A stretch of DNA of 63,377 nt, the filler included, from Bigelowiella natans CCMP2755 (lineage: Eukaryota > Protista > Cercozoa): the NCBI GenBank assembly GCA_000320545.1. It is 8 parts of 8 records of this genome, joined end to end, with 100 filler letters (N's around TTAATTAATTAA, not from the genome) between each part and the next. Parts side by side here need not be neighbours in the genome. Positions count along the whole stretch, not along the records: positions 25,227 to 44,208 come from ADNK01000569.1; positions 44,309 to 51,485 come from ADNK01001977.1; 6 more parts are not named here. One strand, given 5' to 3'. Shown in pieces: positions 36,202 to 48,778 of this stretch (the stretch's first letter is position 1; each line of letters opens with the position of its first letter). Position numbers and translations under genes: made by a program. Under the pieces are notes generated by a model that was given only the letters and a program-made list of their open reading frames with translations, made no database searches and was not told where the DNA came from.

Positions 36202-36860
36202 CGTTCCAGACCGATTCCAGGCCCGACGGTAGACAAAAAGCTACAACGACACATGCGATAAAAATGCAGACTGTTTTTGTCCTGTTGACTCCATAATGCC
36301 TTGTCGCACGTGAAAGTTATTTGCCGGACGGCCCGGATTTCCCGGAAATATCCGATTACGTTTCCTTACCGCATCCAAGAGGTTTTAGGTGGAAAGGGCA
36401 TGCATTTCACCAGAGATTGGCGTAGTCCATCTCACTTCCTTTGAGTTTTAGCTGGAAATTGTGATCTATGCCCTGCGACATCGATTTTTTCCGCGAAAGG
36501 CCATTTTTGGTGTGGGCGAAAAATTAACAAAGAAACACAGCATCTTTTGTCCATGCGAGCACTATTCATGGTTGGATTTTTTTAAGGTCGTCATAGAAAC
36601 GAAGGGGCGCCTATATGGTAGTAGCAAGGAGAGAAATGTACTTGATTCACTTACTGCGACAATAATATATGACATATTTAGCCGAAATTAGGCGGTATCT
36701 GTCCTTCCAACGGGACAATTCTTATTCGGCCAGAAAGAGGAAGTCCTCCCCTCCCCCAGCTGATCCGAGTGTTCCTCTTCGACCGGAACCGAGGACTCAC
36801 TCCGTGGCGCCCACACCGGGCTACTAATTTACATCCTCTGTCTCTTTCGAAAGCTTCACC
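36202..36860. promoter_or_regulatory. Bidirectional promoter region (660 bp between divergent ATGs)
   Basis: ATG at 36201 (-) and ATG at 36861 (+). CpG-rich and microsatellite-free. Confidence 0.5.
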
Positions 36861-38398
36861 ATGGACGTTGAGGTGGACGTGCCAAATGACTTCATTTGCC
36901 CGATTTCGCGGTGCTTGATGAGCCACCCTACCATCAACGACGCGGGGAGCACGTACGAATACTTATCCATCGCCGAGTGGTTCGCTCTTGGCAACCGGAT
37001 AGATCCTATCTCTGGTATCAAGATTCATAATCCGACTCTTCTCATTCCGAACCGGTCGTTGAAGTCACAAATAGAGGAATGGAAGCAAAAGCACGCGGAA
37101 CACCCGGAAGTGACTACGACCAGGCGAATGCAGAAGGCAGATTACCGATCGGCAATCAAGTTGTTTCAGAAACAAAATAATATTAAACCAAAACACCAGA
37201 AAGGAAAAGACAATGGCAGAGGTCTAGGCGTAGGTAAGCCATCATCGAAGAGCGGTTCGTCATCGGTATCATCACGGACGGAAAGGAAGGGGGGGGTGAT
37301 TACCACCGCTGATTGTAGTTATAACTCTATGGTCAGTAAGAAGGACATTGTTGAGTTTACCATCATCACTTTGGGAGATACTGGCGTTGGAAAATCGTGC
37401 CTTTTGCACCGCTATGCGAAGAATTCCTTCAATACTCTGATGCCCTTCACATGCGGTCCGGAGCTTTACTTTAAGAGACTCAGGGTCAAGGGAAGAGAAG
37501 TGAAGCTTACGATCGTAATAACCCGCCCTTATGACAACCAAAATGCATTACCTTTTTTCTCTATTGTTTCTTCATCTCTATCTTCATCTTATCCCCCTCC
37601 CCCCCCTTCCCCCCCTCTCTCATACTCCTACCTATGCTTTCAGTGGGACACCGCTGGGCAAGAACAGTTCAGGTTGGAGCCCATCGTGCTTACCAGAATC
37701 ATTATTATTGACGATCTATGTGTCCTTTACCTCCTACATCAAATTCAGTATTTCAACTGCTTGTCCCTCGTAATCATTGGAATCCATGGGGTGATAATCG
37801 TTCGCACATCATTCAGGTCGATCACACGGTCTTACTACACAAAGGCTGATGGAGTTGTCCTCGTGTATGACATCACGAGGCGTAATACTTTCTCGAACCT
37901 TCTAGAGACTAAGTCAGGATGGTTAAGGTGAGACTCAGGATTCGGAAAGGGGGGGGGGGGGGGGGGCAATTGGAGAAAGATGGTGAATAGTACTTCATTT
38001 GCCGTTCTACGATGAACTCTTTCTGCTAATTTCTGTTATAACACCTTAATCTCTTGCTCCTCTATCAAAATGTACATCACCATCCTCCCCAATGATGCTG
38101 ACGAAGTATATTTATTCTTGATTACTATCTCTCCTCCGCCGCCCCTTTGCCGCCCCTCCTCCCCTCCCACACGTACTACAGCGAGCTTGAGGACCACTGC
38201 GGGAACAAGGTAGAGAAAGTCGTAGTCGGCGCAAGGGCCGATCTGAGTGAATTCAAGGACGTATCAATTGACGATGTTCACCGTGTGGCTGAGAAATACT
38301 CTCTCGATGTCTTCGAGACGAGTGCCAAAACAGGGCTGGGCGTTGATAAGGTACAGAGCATGAGGGAAGGCGTAGAAAGCTAAGATAATACCGTAATC

Positions 38399-38454
<56 letters not shown>

Positions 38455-38758
38455 GTAAAAAAGACAAGTATTTTCTATGCATGATTTCGGCGCTTCCGTG
38501 CGTGCGTGTGTGCGTAGCGACCACATTTCCCACATGCATGCTGTAGATGATCGTGTTTTGCCCTCATTGTTGGCTTCCTTCAAGGCCATGGAGAGGCTGG
38601 TTGAGAAGTTGCTTGAGAGACAGATGAAACAAGAGAAGAGCGAACTGGGTTCACGAAAGAATAACGCACATCGAAAGCTAAAGCTCCTCGGACCAACATC
38701 TCGTATGAACAAGGGGCGGAAGTCAAGCAATAATAACGCAGATATGTGTTGCGTTTAG
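36861..38758 (+). CDS. U-box domain fused to a Rab-family small GTPase, with C-terminal CC prenylation motif
   Basis: U-box: VPNDFICPIS..LMSHP..GSTYEYLSIAEWF..DPISG..LIPNRSLKSQIEEW. Rab: GDTGVGKS, |WDTAGQEQFR|SITRSYY..ADGVVLVYDIT, VVVGARADL, FETSAKTG. Ends ...ADMCCV* at 38758. Confidence 0.9.
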
Positions 38759-38779
38759 AGAACAATATGGCCCCCGCAC

Positions 38780-39660
38780 TCACTGGGATGCCAATGTATA
38801 AATCGATGCGACGATGGAGTGAATGAATTATTGTTAGTTTTGCATGTCAGTAATCGAATATGGCTTGGAGCGTGCTTATTTTTGGACGTGCATCTTCGTA
38901 TCATTTACTTTTATATAGACATAACAGTCTTACACCTGCACAGGCATGCTTGCATAGCTTGTGAGACGGATGCAATGAAACAAATACAAACAAATACGTA
39001 TTTTTCAATTATCAATGGTCATCATCCTTTTATCGTATGTACAGGCGTACTCTACGCATGCAGTATGCTGTGCATGCATCACACCAAGTTGCTCATTTTG
39101 ATATTTATCAGCGTAGTTCAACATGTAAAAATGACAATGCTATTGCTTAGAATACACACAACACGTTTGGAACTGATCAAACGAGATGAGGTCTAAAGGT
39201 GCTGCTGCACGTCCTACGCAAGCGAATGCACATGACATGCGCGCGTGTGTGCACTGTCTAGACTACGAGTGTTTGTTGCCATTGTGTAAGTGCCGTGGCT
39301 AGCTACATGCTAGCATGCACACAAAAACGTGTTCAGAGATGCATCATGTTAGCATGTCAATGTCATCATTGAGCCAGCACATGCATGACACATCGATCTA
39401 GGAAATGTCACTAAACATCTTTGCATGTCAAGTCAGAAACTGCTATTCACTAGAATGCACTAAGAAACGGTCCACACACATCTTGGCATTCATTTTCAGC
39501 ACACGCACTAGCGCAGGCTAAGAGGACGCGCAGCGCAGTGCTCCAACATGTCTTGACTGTCATCTGTTCAGGCATTCTCACGCGCTGTCCGATTCATTTA
39601 GAAAACTAACATGCCGCAAACTCGATCTATGTACAAGGTACATCTTTCATCACAAAACAG
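38780..39660. other. CATG/TGCA/CTAG-rich spacer between convergent genes
   Basis: Same composition as the other 3' spacers; lies between stops at 38758 (+) and 39743 (-). Confidence 0.55.
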
Positions 39661-39742
39661 TTTCTACATTCTTTGAACAGCTATACTGCCACGTGGACAG
39701 AAATTGTACATACAATCCTGGAATCGGCTACTTCCTGGGGGG

Positions 39743-40433
39743 TCAATCCACAATCAACGACCCATATATTTCGAATCCTGAAAGAGCTAGGAACCAGTGG
39801 CCTGCATACAGCATCAAACACACAAATAAGCATGGTATGGAGGACGTCAATGTGTCTCAGCAAACGAATTACCATTAGAATTTTGGCCTGTCTGGAAAAT
39901 GCGAAAGATTCGGAAGAATTCTGAGGAAGAAATCAATAAACAGAGAGAGCAATTTGTCGTACAAACCATAGCAAATAGTAGCTATCATGAAAAAACAACT
40001 CGTGGATGACTTCATGCTGCAAGGTATATTCTTACGAGGTGCTACTTATTACACGAACATTCAGCTGGCGTTGTTATCTATCTTACTGCGCGACGAGTAA
40101 AAAGGGAAAACGTTCCGAAGACAAAAGGCTGTTGCTTGTCTTAAGATTAGATGCGTCCAATTTCGTCGTGATTGCATCAATATCTCAACATCATCATCAT
40201 CATCATCATCATATCATTGTTTGGAGTAGCCAATGCACGACCTGGTGTATTTAGCCTCCAGGTGAACGTCGAGCCCTTCCCGTCGAGCCCTCTGGAAATA
40301 TATCAGAGATGCAGCATTACATTGACGACACCGAGAAGCTTACTTAGCAACAATTTTCCATTATTAGACAAGGTGTTCTTAGACCCGTCGTCTTTGTGCT
40401 CACGAATCGTGGTCCTGCGACAGAGACAGACAG

Positions 40434-40483
<50 letters not shown>

Positions 40484-41424
40484 AACATGAGAAATGGCCG
40501 TCTGTGAAAAAATCAATTTGACTTTATTGACATCTCCCCTTGTCCTCGTCCTCTCCCCCCCCCATTCTTCTCTTTTACTACTACCAAGTCCTGTCGTTGT
40601 TAGAGCCTTCTAGCCTCCAATTTCTTACAGCCTTTTTTTAAATTTCAATGTGTGATGAAGAAGCGAATTTATTAATCATCCATGCACAATGTTATGTTCA
40701 AACACAGAAGAATCAAAAATATGTTCGCAGTTAGCACGACGAAGGCCCTTTTTGCGCACAAGAATTGCTTTAAACTCCTCGTTGCAAAGCAGAGAAAAGC
40801 CATAGAAAACCTCTTCTTTGCCCTACACTCTACTGCGGAGAATGACGACACTTTCTTCTCTAATTTTTTTCCATTCTTTATTTTGCCCCGGGGGGGGGAG
40901 AGGGGGGGGTGGGTTTAGCGAGCGGAATGACTCCTTTACGCTTATGATATGAAATATATTCTTCGATTCCAGCACAAAGGTGTTAAGGGTAGTAGTAGTA
41001 TTGCGAGGGTGATATCATCGATCGTCAAAGAAGGGCAAGAAAGACCTCAGAGTCCCACGATGAATAGTGCCTGAGTCAAGGGGCAAAGAAGGGTTGCAAA
41101 TGAGGTACGTTATCATGTGCGAGAACGAATCTTCGGACCATTCGGGGGACGAAAATCAACCGAAAACATCGATTGGCTTTTGCGGCTAATCTCGTTTCGG
41201 GAGACGTCAAATTATATCGGCGCTTCCATTGATTTTTTTTGAGAAAAATACGTTTTGGGTACTACTACTACTACTCCAACTTCCTACTCTTACGGTGTGT
41301 GTGGTGCGGTGTACATCTGCACGTTGTACGTACTCTATTGATCTATCTGTTACATGTGTGTACGCGCACAGAAATGACGATTGCATAGAAATAAATCAAA
41401 ACTTGAAGCTAGCGACTACGAACT

Positions 41425-41516
<92 letters not shown>

Positions 41517-41970
41517 CATTCCACCTCAGCGAGTATGCTGTCGGCCTGATCTTCACCGTTCTGAAATCGATCTAAAGCACATACGAGAAATAGGTCAAAA
41601 GCGACGACGACTACGTGACCGACACATCCATTGCACCCACGCACACGCAAACGCACACAAACGCTCTTCTATTGCTGCTGAAGCTTTTAACATGTTGTCG
41701 TTTGTGTTGTTGCAACCTTGAAATAACTCCGCTTTGCTTGCTTAGTCACGCATCGTACTGTGGACCTACCAAGGATCCCTTCAAGGTGGGAGGGAGAAGA
41801 GCGAGGAGGAGAGGGGAGGAGGAGGAGGAGGAGGCGGCGGCGAGAGAGAAAGAGGGGTTAGGAAGGGGCATCAGATACTCCTTACTCACATCCGAAATGT
41901 TAATACATCCTTGTGCTTGTGCGCCCTTCTCTTTCATCTTACAGGGCCAACCCGCATCCCCTTCTATCAT

Positions 41971-42002
<32 letters not shown>

Positions 42003-42340
42003 GCCCAGAGAGGGGGGGGGAAGCGCGCGTTCATACGCAACGGCGGCCTGGTGCTGCCGCTATTATGCAACCCACCCCATGCAGGGACAGAAGCTGGTCG
42101 CTTTGCGAGAGGGCTCGAGGTGACAACGATAGCTCCTGAAAGCAAGGAGCACAGGCGTCATGACAAAAGGAGGGGTATAAGGAAGGGGGGGGGGGGGGCA
42201 CTAAGTAGTATCAAGGGAAGGGCATGAAGATGCCAAGATACACAGACGGAAAGAGAGAATTGAAGAACGACAACACTTTGCTTACACCCGCTTCAATCGG
42301 AATTGGATGTGCCTTCCTTAGACTCGTTTATTCAATCAGT

Positions 42341-42377
<37 letters not shown>

Positions 42378-42543
42378 AATTTTTATCATAATTTTTTAAA
42401 CCGGATTCGCCGGGGTTCTTCCACGTCCTCGAGCGCATCCCAGTACCGATGGCGTATACTATGCCTTGCTCATCAAAATCCACGCCTGATCGATCATCGA
42501 GTTGGATGGTGATGATGGTGATGATGGTGGTGATGGTGATGAT

Positions 42544-42576
<33 letters not shown>

Positions 42577-42793
42577 TAGACCATATAGTAATAATTCAAC
42601 GCAAAATGATTAAATATTATATATGGTATAAATTGTGTAAATGTGAGCAAAAAACGCCTCTGTGTAGTATATTCATTCTGATATATTATGGATGTCGTGA
42701 GGAGCAAAGTAGGAAAGAAACTGAAGTGTGTCTTCGTTGCGGATGATGATCTGCCTCCGAGGAAGAAGCAGAAGGAGGAGATGGAACAGCAGC

Positions 42794-42824
<31 letters not shown>

Positions 42825-43657
42825 GGGACAACGACGATAGTTCCCACCACCAAACCGCCGTTGTTCTTCTTTACCTGAATACTTGAACTCGAGCTGAGAG
42901 GAGGAGGCGGCGCCACTGCTACTCTCCGTCAATTCATTGACGTTCTGTTGATGATGACGAAAGGTCATTAATAATGCATGGAAAGCAGGAGAAGAGGAGG
43001 AGGAGGAGGAGGAGGAGGAATAAGAAGAAGAGGCAGAAGAGGGGGGACAGGAAGGAATGCGAGCAGCAATCTCTTCAATCACGATATAATTTCAATCAAT
43101 CGAGAATAAATATGCGGAGAGACAAAGGGCGGCTCTTGCTTCGCTGCCTAAGACCTGCTGCTCTGTTTCAGGACTCCTATTCCCCGAAGGAGCTGCTGCC
43201 ATCATTTCTGCTGCAGCTTTTGAGAGCTTTACTTGTCCATATAACTGAGTAGGGGGGGGGGGGGGAGCAAGAATAAGAGGAGAAAGAACACGGACAACGA
43301 GGCATGATCGAGCTCCGCCTCACGACTGACCTCAATTCCGCTACAGGCTAAGAAGTAGTGCATGTTCGAGTTCATACCGACTTGCACCTATCGCCAAGCA
43401 ACAATAACAACAACAACAACAACGAAATATACAGATGCTTGCCACCTTTGCGTCGTGCGACAAGAAGACTGTAAGGGGAGAAAGGAAGAAAGAAAGAAAG
43501 AAAGGAGATCGGGAAATGGGAATGGGGGGGGGGTGGGGAGATACCACTCTAAAGCTGTCAAAGAATTCCTTGGTTTCCTGGGGAGAAATACCGACGAGCA
43601 TGTGTTATCAGTACAACGCGCCGTTAGCCCCAAAAAGCAATCTTTGAGGTGCATGTG

Positions 43658-43697
<40 letters not shown>

Positions 43698-44060
43698 AGT
43701 GACAATCGATCGCAACGATGATCTCGCAAATGTACGACAACGCAGCAGCGGTATAAAGAGTGAGAGGGGTGGCTGGCGGGGAGGCATTCATTATTACAAG
43801 TGGCCAGATTGCTTCGGAGCCTTTTGCATTTAACGCCTCATCATTCGTGTGCTCCGACAACACCATCCATTCCTCTCCTTTGCCCGAGGGGGAGGAGGAC
43901 CCTTTTTTCCCTTCTAGTCGCCAGTTCCTTAATGCCTAGTGAACGATTATTCGTGCACGGCAATCATGACGATAGCACAGCGAAACGACGCAGCAGCAGC
44001 AGCAGCAATAGCACCTCTTTGTCCCAGCTAACGTAGTGCCTCAATGCGTACGATGTTGGC
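39743..44060 (-). CDS. Protein with two tandem HECTD1/BTB-associated beta-sandwich (F5/8-type-C/SUN-like) domains; 5' part lost in the gap
   Basis: Repeat 1: PTSYALRHYVSWDKE|ALRNWRLEG..WMVLSEHTNDEALNAKGSEAIWPL..QVGMNSNMHYFLACSGIE|LYG. Repeat 2: EFKYS|GVDFDEQGIVYAIGT..WKNPGES..ILGRSTVRCVTK..|IDFRTVKIRPTAYSLR|HYSSWDSE|AVRNWRLEGSN..W|TTIREHKDD..GSTFTW..|TGQNSNG|HWFLALSGFEIYGSLIVD*. Confidence 0.75.
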
Positions 44061-44169
44061 CTGATAATCATCATTCCGGCAAATACAGCAGGGGCAGTAG
44101 CGTATTACCGACTCGATCGCAATACTCCTCCCCCCCCCCCCCCCACCCCAAGCCACTTATACTAACTAT

Positions 44170-44208
<39 letters not shown>

Positions 44209-44308
44209 NNNNNNNNNNNNNNNNNNNNNNNNNNNNNNNNNNNNNNNNNNNNTTAATTAATTAANNNNNNNNNNNNNNNNNNNNNNNNNNNNNNNNNNNN
44301 NNNNNNNN
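44209..44308. other. Artificial contig spacer
   Basis: Same 100-bp spacer. Confidence 0.95.
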
Positions 44309-44353
<45 letters not shown>

Positions 44354-44361
44354 CACACCAG

Positions 44362-44653
44362 CTGGAACAGATGATCAAATATCCGGAGAACGTATTATGC
44401 TTCACACAATGTCCTCATCAGTCATCAGAGACATTGCCTTATCTCTTCCGTGGCCGTCACTTGTTGTCGTTCATTTCATCATATCTCTTCTCAGACGTTC
44501 AACTCTCCAAAGAAGGGCCCGGCTCCAGGTGAGGGACGAGCTTCTTGGACGCCAGGACCAAAACCCCCCGTAGCATCATACCACGTCAAACGCTCATCAT
44601 GGACTCCGGGAGCGCAGATTGTGCAGCCCACAGGTGTGTATTATTAGCTGATG

Positions 44654-44698
<45 letters not shown>

Positions 44699-46030
44699 TG
44701 ACTTCATAGGGCTCTACCCTATCACTTTGATGTGTCATGTGTTTACCTATGTGCGTCTGTGTGCTCGCAGGCCTACATATTGATGAGAAGAAAGGATATC
44801 GACTGATGAGGGGCCATCAGCACCAGGTCTTGTGCGTGGCCTTCTCCTCGTCTTCGGCCTACCTTGCCTCTGCCTCATGGGACATGACCATTCGCATCTG
44901 GAGTATGAAAACAGGGCGCTGCATCAGCGTTCTTGAGGGTGGGTGATGTGATCTTATGCGTGTGCTCTCTCATCCTTCTTCTATTTCCGGGGAGAATTCT
45001 CTTGTTCGCCGTAGACAAGTTTCGCACGATCTATCTATGACACAAGCCACTCAGTTTGCTGTATCTGTTGCTACTACCGTTGCTGTAGGGCACACTGCAT
45101 CGGTACGGTCCTGTGTGTTCTCACCCGACGAAAAGAACCTTCTTTCCGCGTCTGGGGACAAGAAGGTTATTCTCTGGAGCATGGAGTCTGGTGACAGTGT
45201 AAGAATTCTCGAGGGCCACAGCGAAGCGGTACACACGAGTACTAACAAAAGCGCGCGAGCGCTCACACACAAAACGCGCGCGCTACACTGAGATTGTTGG
45301 GGGATGGAAAAACCAGCATTCATGGAAAAGCAGTGGCTACGAATGTATTTTCTCACAATTGTTATCCTATAGCATCAATACCGTCGTCGTTATCATCATC
45401 ATCATCATCATCATCATCGTCGTCGTCATGTCATCATCTATCAAGGTCCTCTGGGCTAGTTTCTCCCACGATGGAACCGTGGCGGGGTCTGCATCTGCGG
45501 ACTACACGGTGAAGCTATGGGGTGTTCACAAGGGTAAATGCTATAGAACGCTGAAGGGACATCAGGCACAGGTAGCAGCAGCAGCAGTAGTAGTAGTAGC
45601 GGTAGGAGCCGGTGAAGTTAGTTGCAAATGGTACCGACCAAGTAAAGATGCGGCTTGTTGGGGAACATGTATGAAAATATTGTATAAATATATATATTAT
45701 ATATTGGAATCGTGTCGCTCGTGGCCCTGCACTTGGCGTGTGCGCGAGGAGACGAAAGAGAGAGAGAGAGATCACAAGACTGCATCCACCCGTTCTTCAG
45801 TGCTTATATTTTACATTTTTCCTCGTGGTGGTAACAACGCACGAACTCATAGGTGAATAGTTGCGCTTTCTCTCCCGACGGAAAAGTTGTAGCATCTGCA
45901 TCTCACGACAGTACAATCCGGCTCTGGGGCGTGTACGATGGCGTGTGTCGTAAAATCATTAAGGGTAGTAGCATATCAGTCGCGTCGTCGTCGGCGGCAC
46001 AATCACCAACAACAATCGTTTCTTATTAAG

Positions 46031-46073
<43 letters not shown>

Positions 46074-47817
46074 TGGGCGGTTGGGGGCAAGCGAGATTTT
46101 CAAGCAAGGGGGCACACGCGCATACATCGCGCTATATCTATTCCTGGAAAAACTTTACGAGAGAAGGCTGACGTCGTCGTTGTACTACTTTTGATACATC
46201 CACAGGGCACTCCCGCAGCGTGCTCTCCATCAAATACTCTTCGTTTCTGGGGGAGGGCAACGCGCCGTATCTGGCCTCCTGTGGCACTGATAGCACGATA
46301 CGTATCTGGAATCATTCAGGGGAGAGCGTGCGCGTCATTAGTAGCGCGCACAAAGGCTCTGCGCTGTCGGTAGCGTTCTCTTTCGTCGGCGAAGAGGAAG
46401 AAGAGTATGCCAAAGTGCATGGCAATAGCAACGCCCAAGATCTGCAGATTGCCTCGAGCGGAGAGGACAACCTGATCAGAATATGGAGCATGCAAACAGG
46501 TGGCGGAGTAGCCTGGAGTCTCAGTCCCAACCGATGCCTTGTTGTTGCCGTATCTGCCAACGGCTTTGCGCTAGCCTCATCCATCCTTGTGTCTCCCAAT
46601 ATTTAGGAAAGTGCGTGCGGGTTCTAAAAGGACACATCGCCCCTGTGATGGCAGCCGTCTTTGCAAAGAACGGCAAGTTCGTCGCTAGCTGCTCGCGCGA
46701 CCGCAGCGTGCGGCTTTGGGCACATACAAGTGTCATCGGGTTGAAGAGCGAGAGCAGCCGCAGCAAGGTGAGACAAGCGAAAACCTGCTCCTTCTCTGCT
46801 TCGGCGGCTGCTGGTTCCCCTCCACCGTCATCCTCCCCCAGCGACTCCAAAACCGCAAACGATGTGGATTCGAGGCCCTGCTCCCCCCAATCCGCGCCCG
46901 CAGATCCGCATCAATATGCACGGAGAATTAAAGGCGAGGAGGATGTGGCAACGCAGGAGACAGGCAACGAAAACGACGGTGGAAACGGTGATCGTGACGG
47001 TGAAGTTAACGACGCCGAAGACCGAGAAGACTCTCAGAGAAACGCACCCAGAGGGAAGCTCAGCGGCCTCCACGATAGTGGCAGCTCCCAGGCATATGGT
47101 GAGGCAGAAAAGGGGCATGGAGAGGAGCAGGTATCCGTCCCGCGCATCGTCGTGAGGAATGAGGACAGCCCTGCTGCATCATCGAATCAGAGCGACAAGC
47201 AAGAAGAACGAAGGAGCGCGGAGGACATGTGGGGGCCAGGAGAGGAAGAGACCACGATCGAGAAGGAGGGGGGGGGGGACAAGGAAGGGCAGCAGCAGTC
47301 GCAGCAAAATACAAGGAAGGACGATGATGATCATGACGCCAGCGCCAGCAGCCTGGAGCTCCCATGGGCCTCAGAGAGCAAGGATGGGGCTGCAAGGTTG
47401 GATGAGCAGAGCGAGGGAACGAAGGTCGCTACCCATCTAAACCATGTGAAGGAAGAAGAGGCTGCAGACAGAGCGCCAGCCCTTTGCCCTTCTGTTGCTG
47501 CCCAGAGCAAAATGGAAGAAGTAAAACAATCACCCGACGAAGAACAAGAACGTAAAGAAGAGAAGGAACGGTCGAGTGAGCAAATAGGAGATGATGTTGA
47601 TGATGATAAGGAAGAGATCGCGCCAGGCGCGGACCCTGCGCATCTTGATGCGGAAGCGAAAGACTTGAAAGCAGAGTTTGACCAGGCGATGGGCGAGGAT
47701 ATGGCTGCGAGCACCGAGGACGACGATGACGACGAAGAAGATAAGAACCTGGATAAACTCAAAGTTCCTGAAATGCATGACCAATGCTGCAAAGTGAATC
47801 TATGCAGTGTCATGTAA
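44362..47817 (+). CDS. WD40-repeat protein (about 7 repeats) with a long acidic tail ending in CaaX; 5' part lost in the gap
   Basis: Repeats GHQHQVLCVAFS..LASASWDMTIRIW, GHTASVRSCVFSPD..SASGDKKVILW, GHSEA|VLWASFSHDG..., GHIAPVMAAVFAKNGKFVASCSRDRSVRLW. C-terminus DQCCKVNLCSVM*. Confidence 0.9.
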
Positions 47818-47819
47818 AA

Positions 47820-48350
47820 TAAAATCTCCTCATGCGCCGCCGTAATGGAATCGAACAAATAGCAACACTAAGTAGAATGCACGTGACTGATATATGTGAT
47901 TAATGACCGCACGGTACGCACGTCGCTATCTGGTATATGTACGGCATGTAGCACACACGCACGTTCTTGGGCACCCTTGCTACGCCTGTAAAAAAGTCCG
48001 GCATACATGCACGGACTATAGACACAGTATATATAATATATAATATTGTCTATTGTACGGTTCAAGCTACCATGCATATTGCCCAGCGGATATAGTGCAG
48101 GCAGCGTTCGCGCCACATGAATGCGTACTACGTGTGCTTGCGGTAGCGACAGCTATCAATCGAGTGATGTGACGATGAAAGGTGCGGCAGCAACCGATCT
48201 TATGCACCGTAAATGCACATATGCATCACTTTATGATAAATAACATGATGCACGCCATACTTTACTACGATACTGATGGCATAATGACGCACGTTTGGAT
48301 ATTCATGTAACACCCTGTCCAAACACCAGCTCGCTGATATGACGATTCGT
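47820..48350. other. CATG/TGCA-rich spacer between convergent genes
   Basis: Alternating purine-pyrimidine, CATG/TGCA-rich tract between stops 47817 (+) and ~48381 (-); CTAG is less prominent here. Confidence 0.45.
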
Positions 48351-48380
48351 GCAAATACAACGACAACGCCATCAGAGGCA

Positions 48381-48736
48381 TCACAGCTTTAAGCGATCCC
48401 TGAGAACAGAGGCAGCTCGTACGAACAATGGAAGCGAGGGCGCGGCTCCCAATCGAAACTCAGACATAAGATGCGCTGCATTCGGGTTCCAGTCCTTACA
48501 CACAAACAAGAGGAGCAAATTCAGAAAACAGGTCGAACGATTTGATCGTCTCCCCCTCCCCCCCACGTCCCCGGCCGCTTTGCCTCACAGGCAATCAGAC
48601 GGTAGGAGCAGGTGTGTCACCTCCGGCTTCTGCGCGGATTTGAGCCCTGTGATCTCCTCTTCCAGGCGTGAGAGCAGGCTGCTGGATCGCTCCTTGGACA
48701 AGGCCTGTTTTTTGTATTCGTGGTGCGTAACGCGAG

Positions 48737-48778
<42 letters not shown>

